This document shows, one piece after another, positions 53,245 through 64,000 of a stretch of DNA of 64,000 nucleotides. Both the position numbers and the translations under genes were made by a program. Source of the stretch: Amoebidium appalachense (Eukaryota > Protista > Ichthyosporea); contig CAVNZM010000011.1 in NCBI GenBank assembly GCA_963693365.1, positions 5,971,921-6,035,920 on the forward strand. The letters are read 5' to 3'. A model generated the notes under the pieces. The model made no database searches. It had not been told where the DNA came from and saw nothing but the letters and a program-made list of their open reading frames with translations. Position 1 is the first letter of the stretch. Every line of letters begins with the position of its first letter.

Positions 53245-54670
53245 ATGGCCGCGCGCCAGCACTCACAAAGGTGGCGTTTCTGGTCTACTTCAGGGGAAGA
53301 AGATAATTCAGACGAGTTCCCATCAGACCAGAACACACCCGCAGACAAAGAAGAAAATAGCAGCCCCTCACACAACATGGAACATGCAGCCAATAACAGT
53401 GTTACATTTCCAGAGACCGACGATGACTATCGAGCGATGATGCAAGCAGCCGGCCTACCAGCCAATTTCTCGCCAAGAGGACCCGCTATGGTTTCTGCCA
53501 CAGAATCATCCAGCAACATGGATGAGACATACGAGTCACAGGATGCACTTGGCAGGCTTCCACATCCCGTGAATTTGGCCACATATCTAGCAACAGCGAA
53601 CCACATAAGCGATACCCAGCTAACGGGAGGGGAAAACTACGATACATTCAATGAACAGAGTCGTTTGGTGTCTGCCAGGCGGCGCTCTACCCTCACACCC
53701 GTTCCCTCCCTTCCTCGTCGCAGTATTTCGGATATTCGAATCACGCTTGAAGATCCAGAAAGTGATCATGTTTTGACACGGAGTGAACTTCTGCGCGAAC
53801 TGCAAATACTGCGCGAGACAGTGTGTGAGATGGATTCAGAGAGAGAGATTGCTGGACATCTGGGCCAAGCGCTTCTGGATCAGAACAACCAGTTGAGAGC
53901 GGAGAACAACATTCTACAAGCAACTCTCGAGGATGCGTCTCGAAGAACACGGGAGGAAAGGGATCGGGTTATGGAGCTATGTGGTCGTGAGGTGCAGGAT
54001 CTAGAAGGGAGACTGAAGATGGAGCAACATAGGAGCAGGGAGAAAGACAGGACGATAGGGGCGTATAGGAGGGGCATGTTGCAGGTGAGGTTGTGCCTTC
54101 TGCAACGGGGGGCGGTTTTCGCCAACGGGTTAACGCTTGATTCGGCAAGCGAACCGGGCTCAATTAATATCGACAGCTTTCCAGACGACACGGACGATCT
54201 CATCCCAGCGATAGAGCAACTATGCACCGATTTAGAAAAAACACTTCACATCCATTTGGATCAAGCAAAAGTGCTGGTTGTTGAGAAGGAGCGGGAGACG
54301 GAACTTGAGAGGGAGGTGGTGGTACTCAGGGAGGAACTAAGGGCGCTGGGCCGGGAGTCAGAGATGTATAAACGGGACACTGCAGTGTTGCAGGATCGTG
54401 TGCAGGTGGGACAGGCACTGCTTCGTCAAGCTCAAGTATGTTTCTGTTCTTGTTCCCCCCCTGAAACCCCCCCCCCCTCCTCTCCCCCCTCCCCCCCCGC
54501 TTCCTTTACGTCCTCTCCACCCCTCCCCCCCCCCCCCCCCCCCCCCCGCGCACCCCCCTCCCCCCACCCATACACACACATACACGCACGCACACACACT
54601 TGTCTTTTTTTTTTCTTTTCTTTCTTTTTTATTTTGTTCTTTTTTTCCGGCAAACCTGCGTGTATTTTGG

Positions 54671-54712
<42 letters not shown>

Positions 54713-55068
54713 GTGTATGTGTGTGTGTGTGGGGGGGGGGGGGGGGGGGGGGGAGGGAGGGGGGGGGGGGGGGAGGGGGGAGGGGGGTATGATGCGTGGA
54801 GGAAGGGGGGTGGAGGGTGGGAGAGAGAGAGAGAGAGAAGGCTGGTAGGCTCAGGGCTAAAGGTGAAAAGGGGAAATGGGTGGGCCAGGGGGAAGAGATA
54901 TTGGGGTACCTCGGATGGTTCTCTCCTTTCTAGTAGCTCCAATCCCATGTGGAACTAACCCCCAAATACATGCATGCACACATCCCCCCCCCCCCCCCCC
55001 CCCCCTCCCCATCCCAAACCCCAAACCCCAACCCCACTCGTCCACCCAGCCGCCCGCCAAAAGCATTC

Positions 55069-55104
<36 letters not shown>

Positions 55105-55293
55105 GTTCCCTGTCTTGAGATACTTCAGCCACTTCACTCTTGCCTTCACCATACTGCCTTTTTTTTTCTTTTTCAACACCAGAGGGTCTTCTGCCTGGAC
55201 GTTTTGTTTGTGACGCTTTGTCTTTTGTCTTGTTATGTCCCCTCTTCCATATTTCCAACCCTCCAATGCACACATCTCCCCCCCTCCCCCCCC

Positions 55294-55324
<31 letters not shown>

Positions 55325-55444
55325 ACACACGCACTCACACACTCATCCCTCCATCCCGTCCCCCATCCCCCCCCCTCCCTTCCCCTCCTTGCCCCGGGCA
55401 TCTACATTCCCTACTGGGGTAGTATCTTCACTGCTACCTGGCTT

Positions 55445-55478
<34 letters not shown>

Positions 55479-56760
55479 TTCTGCGACCACCTTCCCAGCC
55501 CCACTTGTCCGTCTTTTTACTACTATGGATAACACACGAAATGCAACCCCCCCCCCACCCATCCACCCATCCACCCACCCACCCACCCACTCCTTCACAC
55601 CCCCCCGGTCTCTGTCCCCTCTTCCCCCCCCCCCCCCCCCCCTCCCTCCTCCCCCCTGGCCCACCATCGAGGAGGGGATATGTTTTCTCTTTTTGTCATT
55701 CCATGTCGGGTGCCGCACTATCGGGTTCTTCGTTGTGTGGTTTGGTATTCACATTGTGTTCCACGTTCCAACTCCCCTTCTCCCCCTCCCTCCTCCCCCC
55801 CCCACCAACATTTCAATACACGCACAAACATGCGCGTGCACACACTCGCGCACACACAGACACCCCAACCCCGTGCCCTCTTTACCCTGTTCCACCTCCC
55901 CTCTTGCGAACTCATCCTGTGTCAGGCTATTTATCTAACACGCTTCCCTCCTCCCTCCCTCCCCGCCTCCCTTCCCCGGCATTTCTTCCCTCTTCCCTCG
56001 CCCCCCTCCCCCCATTCTCATCGCTCTTCCCCCCCCCCCCCCTCCCCCCCCCCTCCCCTGAGGATGGGCTCTGCTTATGACGCATACTGTGCGCATGGCT
56101 GATGTTGCATACTTGAATGTTTGCCTTTGCATGTGTCCTGCACCATGCTTCTCATCGTGTATGCGTACTTCGTACCGTGTTCCACATTCAAACCCCCCCA
56201 GTCTTCTTTCAGAGGTGTCCTTTCAGAACAGACCACTGTGTGGAGACCGCTTTACTTCCATGCAACTGGGCATGGTTGCTCTGTGTCGTGCATCTGTAAG
56301 CACAAACACATTTTTCGCTGCACTGCTTTAGTTTGCACACACATCTTCACCGTTTTGCTCACCTTGCTTGCATAAGCAACCCTGCTCGTCTTTGATCAAG
56401 ACGGGTTGACCCTCCCAAGTTCAGTTGATGCTGCTGTCTGAGTTGGGGAGTCGTATATACGCGGGCTAAGGGGTCGAAACTCAGACGCAATTGATGACTT
56501 GAGCCCTCCCTGAGGATGGGCTCTGCTTATGACGCATACTGTGCGCATGGCTGATGTTGCATACTTGAATGTTTGCCTTTGCATGTGTCCTGCACCATGC
56601 TTCTCATCATGTATGCGTACTTCGTACCGTGTTCCGCATTCAAACCCCCCCTCCCCCCTCCCACCCCTCTACCCCTTTCCCCCTTCCCCCGCCCCCCCAT
56701 CCTCCCCCCTCTCCCCTACCTAATCAACCCATTCCGAACCTCAAATGTTTTATGTTTCTC

Positions 56761-56795
<35 letters not shown>

Positions 56796-57216
56796 CCCCC
56801 CCTCTCCCTCCCCTTTCCCTTGGCTCCTCACATTCCCACTCCCTACTCTTCATTACAAACATACACATCCCTCCTCCCCCCTCCCTCCTCTCCCAAACCC
56901 TTCGCCCCCCCCCCCCCCCCCCCCCCCCCCCCACAAACCCCCGCTTTCCTCCCCTCCTCCCCCTTCTCCCCCTCCCAACCCCTCACACCTGTTCCTCCCG
57001 GCCCCCCTTCTTCCACATGTGTGTGTGTGCACACACGCAGTCAGAGGCAGACGCACTCCGTGGGCAGGTGGGCAGGTACGAGCATCAGATGCGGCACATG
57101 AGTGAGGAGATAGAGCACATGAGAGACGCACTGGCAGCTAGAGAGGCGGAGCTGGCGCAGGCGGAGGGCAGGGTTAGGCAGAAGGAAGAGGAGTTGATTA
57201 TGGTGGGTATGGGTGT

Positions 57217-57252
<36 letters not shown>

Positions 57253-58715
57253 GCGTGCGCGAACACGTTTGTGTGCGCTTCGAAGGGTGGGTTTAGGTGT
57301 TTTTTTTGGCGGGGGGGGGGGGGAGGGGGGAGTTCTGGATATTGGGTTAGTGGTGGTGTTTTTGGAAGGGTGTTATAATGTGCAGGGGAGGGGAGGGGGG
57401 TGTTGGCGGCTAGCGAGGTTGAGCTAGCGCAGGCGGAGGGGAAGGAGTTGATGATGGTGAGTGTGGATGTCTGGGTGTGTGTGGGTGGGTGGGTGGGGGG
57501 GTTGGGGGGGGGGGGGGGTGGGGGGAGGGGGAATGTGGGATGGGGAGAGGGCGGGAAGCGGAGGCGTTTGAAATTGGAAGAGGGGTAGGGTAGGGGTAGT
57601 GGGTTTGGTCGTGCATTTTATTGCGCGCTTGTGTGTGTGTGGGAGAGAAGCTTGAGGAAGGGGAAGGGGGGAAGGGGTTTGAAGCAGGGGCGGAGGGCAG
57701 GGTTAGGCAGAAGGAGGAGGAGCTGATGATGGTGGGTGTGGGTGTGGGTGGGTGTGTTTGGGGGGGGGGGGGGGGGGGGGGGGGAAGGAGGGAGGTGTGG
57801 GTAGGTGGGTGGGTGGGGCGGAGGGAGGGGTGCGCTTCGAAGGGTGTGTGTGTGTTTGGGTGTTTGGAAGGGCGTCCGGGGGGGGGGGGGGGGGGGGGGG
57901 GGAAGGGCGATTTGGAAATTGGGGTAGTGGTTGTGTTTCTGGAAGGGTTTTATAATGTGCTGGGGGAAAGGGGGGGTTGAGGGGGCAGGGGTGGAGGGGA
58001 GAGTTGAGCAGAAGGAGGAGGAGCTGATAATTGTGGGTGGGTGGGTGGGTGGGTGGGGGGATGGGGTGGCGGGGGACGGGATGTAGGATTTTTTTGGGGA
58101 GGGTGGAGGTGGGCGGCGGGAGAAGGGGGGGGGGGGGTGGGGATGTGGATGGGAGGGGAGCTGGCGTGGGTGTGTGGATGGGTGTGTTTGCGTGTGTGTG
58201 TGGGGGGGGGGGGGGGGAAGTACGAGGAGGGGGAGGGGAATTTTGGAAATAGGGGGAGGGGTAATGGTTCTGGGCGGGCTTGATGTTGTGCGGGTGCGGG
58301 GGAGAGTGAAGAAGGTGCGGGGGAGGGTTAGGAGTAAGGGGGAGGAACTGATGATGGTGGGTGCGGGTGTGTGTGTGTGTGTGTGTAAGGGTTTTCGCGT
58401 GGGTGGGGGGGGGGGGGGAGAGGGGGAGCGGAGGACGTGCAATGGTGTGTGGGGTGGGATGTGGGTGTGGGTGTGGGGGGAGGGGGGAGAGGAATGTGAG
58501 ATGGGGTGGAGATGGGGGGGGGAGGGGGGATGAGGGTGTGTGTGTGTTTTTTTTTTTTTTTTTTTTTTTTGGGGGGGGGGGGGGGGGGGGATGGGGGATG
58601 AGATGGGGTGATTGGGAGAATGAGGGTGTGTGTGTGTTGGGGAGGTGGGGGGATGAAGGGGGGGTTGTGAGATATTGTGTGAAGGTGGAGTGAAGAAATG
58701 TGTGTGTGTTTGGGT

Positions 58716-58758
<43 letters not shown>

Positions 58759-59216
58759 CTGTGGATGTGTGGGGTGGTTGTGTGTGTGTGGGGGGGGGGG
58801 GGGGGGGGAGGTAGTGGGTTTTGGGAGGCAGGTGATAGGTGGGGTGTGTACGGACGTGGTTGAATGGGTTGAGTAAATGGGTTGACGGTGGTGGCTAGTT
58901 GCAAGTGTTTTTCTTTTCCTTTTTTTTTTTTTTGTGTGTGTGTGGTGGTGGTGGCGGTGGTGGTAGTGGTGGCGGTGGGTGGGTGGGTGTTTGGGGAGGG
59001 GGGGGGGGGGGGGGGGGGGGGGGGAGGGGGGGGGGGGAGGGGTGTGTCCGTTTTTTTTCTTTTTGCTTTTCCTATTTCTATTTGTTTCTTCCCCTTTTGT
59101 TCGAGACGATGGGCATGGGATCGTGAACGGGTTGCTTGTTACACCTCTGCCCACACATCTGCAATCCTCTAATGCATACATGCCCCTCTCCCCCTCCCCC
59201 TCCCCCTCCCTCTCCC

Positions 59217-59253
<37 letters not shown>

Positions 59254-59275
59254 ATAATCACGGCCACCACCGGCA

Positions 59276-59325
<50 letters not shown>

Positions 59326-59467
59326 ACACATACACACACACACACACCCACCCTTGATCAATCGCTTAAGCCCCCCCACTTCCCCCCCTCCCCCCTTGCC
59401 CCCAGGGCACCTCGAATCACCACACTCACACATACATAAGTCCACCACCGGCAGCACGGGTATGCCT

Positions 59468-59512
<45 letters not shown>

Positions 59513-60800
59513 CACAAGCACGTGAGCCTGGTGTTGTCAACCCGCTCAAGGGGTCACTCTTGGAGGAGATGTTTGCCTCTCTGAGTGTGGGCTCACTCCC
59601 TCAGGTATCGCTTCGTCAACCTCTCTTTCGTTGCTGCACACACACACACACACACAAGCACACCCGCGTGCACACACATGCACACACAAGCACACCCGCG
59701 TGCACACACACACACATACAGGCACACACACACACACACACTGAAGGGTGGGGAGCGACTCCCATGCTTCCACACACGCACACACACACACATACACACA
59801 TTCTTTCCTTTGACCCACACACGCATTCAGCTTGCTTCTCTTCACATGGCTTCTCTCTGGTCCCCCCCACTCACATGCACCGTCCCCCCTCCCCCCTCCC
59901 TCCCCCCCCTCCCCCCTCCCCCCCCCCCCCCTCCCCACACACACACACACACACACACACACAGCTCCCTCCCCCCCTCCTCTCATCTGGGTTCAGAAAG
60001 AAAAGAGAATGAAAGTACATATTCTCTTTCCTTCCACTCCTTTAATCTCTCTTTTCCACATCGGCTCTTATCCTCTCTTTGACAAAAGCCCCTTCCTCGC
60101 CCCCTCCCCTCCCAAGGGGTCGAAACTCAGACGCCATTGATGACTTGGGCCCTCCCTGAGGATGGGCTCTGGTTGTGACGCATACTGTGCGCATGGCTGA
60201 TGTTGCATACTTGAATGTTTGCCTTTGCATGTGTCTTTCGTGTATGCGTACTTCGTACCGTGTTCCGCATTCAAACCCCCCCCCACCCCCCCCCCCCCCC
60301 CCCTCACTTCTCCTTCCCTTCCTGCGCTCTTCTACCACCAACACACGAACACACACACGCCTGAAACCAATCACCAATTTAGTTCCGTCAAGAGGAGAGA
60401 AGAAAGGTGATTGAAACCATCTCCAAATATTATCCCCTCCTCTCCGAGTCCTTCCTCCCCATATCCCCCTACCCACCCCCCCCCTTGCTTTGCTCCTCCC
60501 CCTTAACCCTTTTTTTTTTAACAAGGGGAAGAATTTGATGGAAGGAATGTGTGTAAGCCACGAGAACGGATACTTTTGCAATTATTAGCCATCTTTGTAT
60601 GTGTCCGTGCCTGTGTGTTCTCGGGCGTGCACTTGTGTGGTGTGCGGCTGTGTGCTGGTGGGCACGTGTGTGTGCCGCGGTGTGTGTGCATATGTGCAGC
60701 CCTGTTTTTTTTTCTTGTGTGCATGCTTGCATGTGTGTGGGCGAGTGGGTGGGTGGATGAGTAGGTGGATGGGTGGGTGTTTTTTGTGTGGTTTGTGTTC

Positions 60801-60831
<31 letters not shown>

Positions 60832-61481
60832 TTTGTTTGTTTAGCCTGTGTATGTGTGTTTCTCACATGTCTAACCCCTCCCACCGCCTTCCCCCCACCA
60901 CAGATCACCCCGCCACAATCAACCAATGAAATCATCTCCTCCCCCCCAACATTCGCACCACCCGTCGCCGTCGCAACGGCGACCCCCCCGCCAGCCCCCC
61001 AGGTGCAGCCGCCACCCGCCGACCAACCAGACATCATTATTAAAGAATCTGACCAATCGTCAAGCCCCGTTAAAAATGAGGCGGCGACGCGTTTCTCTGA
61101 GCTTCTGGAACAAGCAAAGTTGAAGCTACTAGAACACCACCACAACGATTTGCCCTTGCCTCAGGGATTGGGTGCGCTTTTGGGCGTTTCGCCGCCATCC
61201 CCTCGCATGGTTCGGGAACCCGAGCGCGTGATTTTAAAAGTGGCAAGAGGCCCGTTGAAGAGACCGGCGGGGGTGGTTGTGGGTTGGACGGGTAAGGCTG
61301 GTTTGGCGTGTTTGTTAGGGTAGTTTTTTATTTTGTTTTTGTTTTGATATTTGTTTTGTGTTTGTGGTCGTGGGTGTGTGCGTGTCTGTGTGTGCACTTT
61401 TGGTTTGTTTTTCTGCCAGCTTTCTTCTAACCGTGTGTTTCTTTTTCTTCCCCAGGCTCTGTTTTTTGCATGTATGGATGA
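53245..61481 (+). CDS. Coiled-coil protein, candidate BICD/Spindly/HAP1-type dynein adaptor; exons 53245-54435, 57041-57202, 59512-59604, 60904-61291 (or read-through to 61323), 61456-61481
   Basis: Long non-repetitive ORF with heptad-rich helices, CC1-box-like [14 protein letters not shown] and downstream KGSLLEEM; phase-consistent GT-AG joins. Start codon and last exon are uncertain. Confidence 0.75.
56053..56644 (+). mobile_element. 452-bp-unit element, about 1.3 tandem units, inside a poly-C tract
   Basis: Repeat starts at 56077 and 56529 (period 452); near-identical to 5201-5767. Confidence 0.9.
57403..58385 (+). repeat. Four degenerate copies of exon 57041-57202 3' end plus donor
   Basis: Variants of gcggagggcagggttaggcagaaggaggaggagctgatgatg|gt, with GT at 57457, 57732, 58033 and 58357. 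Confidence 0.88.
60114..60275 (+). mobile_element. 452-bp-unit element, 5'-truncated copy with a small internal deletion
   Basis: aaggggtcgaaactcagacgccattgatgacttgggcc...gtgttccgcattcaaa followed by a C-run. Confidence 0.88.
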
Positions 61482-61954
61482 CCTTATCAAACTTCCTGTT
61501 TCTTTATTTTCTTGGGTTTGTACCAGTGTGATCGGCCGTCCATACATCCGTTTACTCTGTGACGATTTAGTTCTCGCATTTTTCTTTTCTCCTTCCCAAA
61601 AAAATATGCAAGTGGACTGTGTTCTAAAAACGGGCATGTAAATGGTACACGATGTGAATGTATATTTGTTTGATCTCAAGTTCGATGTATGGAATGAATG
61701 ATTGTATGAATTTCGTGGTATGGTAAAAGTACCTGATATACGTTGTATCATGAGTGTGTCTCTGCTAGCATTAGATAAAGAAAATATAACTATTAAAGTA
61801 ATATATTCAGTAAACTATTTGCTACCTCGAAAGTACTTGCATTAAGGGGCCTGTGGCCATCATCGATCGTGGATTTAAAGACTGAAAGTCTTCGTTGAAG
61901 TTATGAGCAAAGCTATTCACACGCACGCACACGCGTGCGCGCGCACACGCACAC

Positions 61955-62040
<86 letters not shown>

Positions 62041-63642
62041 TCACACTCCACAAACACACATCCTAAACACGGATACCTTGCTTTAGGACCCGGTACAACA
62101 CATGGCACATCCACTCAGTTTTGGGTGGGTCCTCCCCCCCCCCCCCCCCCCCCCCCTCCCCTCCCCTTTTCCCCCCATCCCTCGGCCTCCCGTGCCAACA
62201 ACCACCCAAACCCCCCCTTCCCCCCCCCTTTCTCCCCAGAAGGAGGGTCTCCCCCTCCCCCCCCTCCCCCCTCCCCCTCCCCCCTCGCCCCTCCCCCCTC
62301 GTCCCTCCCCCCCCTCCCCCTGCCCCTCCCCGGGCACGTGCACATGCACACATTCCTGGCAGTGCACCTACGCACAAATTTAAAATGATTTAGCAAAGAA
62401 GTAGTTGCCCCACTTATTGTGTGTTTGTCGGCTTTTGTGTACATGTGTCTCAGTTTGTGCGCACGTGTGTGTGTCGATGGACGTGCGTGCGCACGTGCGC
62501 ATTTGCGCGCATGTGTGGGGATGCAAGGCAAGCGTGTGCATGCGTATGCCTGTTATATGATATGCTTTTGTGCCACGTGGCACATCGATGTGTGAACTGG
62601 GTAAACCTATCTATACTGAAAGGCGATTGCATGCCTGCAGTGTTTAATAGTTTTGTGCGAAGAATTTCTTTTTTTTTAAGGAAAAAACAAAATGTTTATA
62701 ACGTAGGGCATCAGACTGCAAAAAAATCTCCAGGTCTTGCAAACCTGCAAAGAAACCAAGTCTAAGGTTTGACAACGAGTACATATGGAAATCTAGATGT
62801 AGGACATTGCAAGACCCCCACACAAACTTAAACACAAAAACCACAAGCTTAGAGCCCCAACCGTAAGAAAAAACGTGCCACAAGACCCAGCACAAAAAAA
62901 AACCCCCACCCACACTTTCCTGGCCGCGGTGTGTCCCAAATGCAGACACACACACCGGAAAGTAGAGTGCAACCCACCACATCCATATTGAAGAATAGCA
63001 GCCACCACCACACTATACAACATGGGGTATCCGTTGTATACCACACACACCCCACCACCCCCAACCCCACAGCCCCATCACACCACTTTAGACCCCCCTC
63101 GCCCGACAGGGGAAAAATCAGAACCGGACCCCCCTAGGGTTTGAAATCTTAGAAAATTAGCACAAGCCCCTCCCCCTCCCCCCCTCCCCCTCCTCCCCCT
63201 CCCTCTCCCTTTACCTTAGACTAAGTCTGTTTGTAAATCGTTTAGTCCCATCGTTCTTCCATGTACATGTTTGTTTGACGTGTTCAGTATAGAAAGTAGA
63301 TATATTGTTCCTGGGGCCGGTACAAACCAAAACTGCGGTGCTGAATATAACCGGAATAAAAAGAAAAAGAAAAAGAAAAAGAAACCTGAAAACAACGTTA
63401 ACCTGATTAGGCCTTCCTGTTAAGCTTGACACCCACTGGCGTGAAACTAGACAACCGTGCTCTCTCGGCTCGAGCTCACTTCCCACATGTATGAAGCGGC
63501 ATGTGCTTGTTCGTAACCACCAACGTGGTCATAGCAGCTTTACAATACCCAATATATTGATTATAACTATGTAACGTCAAGTTAATCGCGGCCTTGCAGC
63601 TTCCACGGCCGTGTCTGCATGTGCCTGGTGTCACAGCAGCCT

Positions 63643-63700
<58 letters not shown>

Positions 63701-64000
63701 ACACACACGTGAACACGTACAAAGGCACGGCGCGTGCACGTCCTCTACGAAAAAAAAAAAAAGGAAGAAGAAGAAAAATGAAAAAGAAAAGAAAAGAAGG
63801 GGGGGGGGGGGGGGAGGGGGGAAGAAGTATGTGTATTATCCCCCCCCCCCCCCCCCCCCCCTCCCCCCCCCCTCCCTCCCTCCCTTAGATCTTTCTTTTC
63901 TTTCTTTCTTTTTTTTTCCCCCCGAAGTTCATTTTTTTTGTGGTGGCCAGTGGTGTATACGCGCACGCACGTGTGTTTGTTTGTGTGTGTGTGTGTGTGT

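Noticed and set aside
61800-64000. Possible exons of a further minus-strand gene (for example ~63480-63537 and ~63214-63340)
   Set aside because: No recognisable motifs and frames could not be joined confidently; the gene may extend beyond the window.

Overview
Eukaryotic genomic DNA with long introns packed with poly-C/poly-G, (CA)n/(TG)n and (CT)n/(AG)n tracts, so almost all ORFs in the six-frame track are repeat artefacts. Gene content and an AT-AC intron suggest a holozoan-type opisthokont, but the taxon is only inferred. Splicing exons by hand gave six protein genes: a 5'-truncated RecQ/BLM-Sgs1 helicase (+, 73-12453) with a tRNA-Glu(CTC) in one intron; an intronless Cys-glutathione peroxidase with signal peptide and RVEL tail (+); a type-I membrane thioredoxin/PDI-fold protein with a C-x12-C site (-); an FKBP15-like gene (-); a ZDHHC9/14/18-like palmitoyltransferase (-) with one U12 AT-AC intron and one probable GC-AG intron; and a coiled-coil protein with CC1-box-like and Spindly-like motifs (+). 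Mobile DNA comprises three MITEs, two poly-A retroposon 3' ends, and a family with a 452-bp unit found only in poly-C tracts. The most striking unexplained pattern is 'exon-edge echoes': in three genes the intron beside an exon holds tandem degenerate copies of that exon's own edge plus its splice site, including five decoy copies of a minor-spliceosome branch point and AC acceptor. Two FKBP15 acceptors are also abutted by minisatellites. All gene models are manual and need RNA-seq confirmation.
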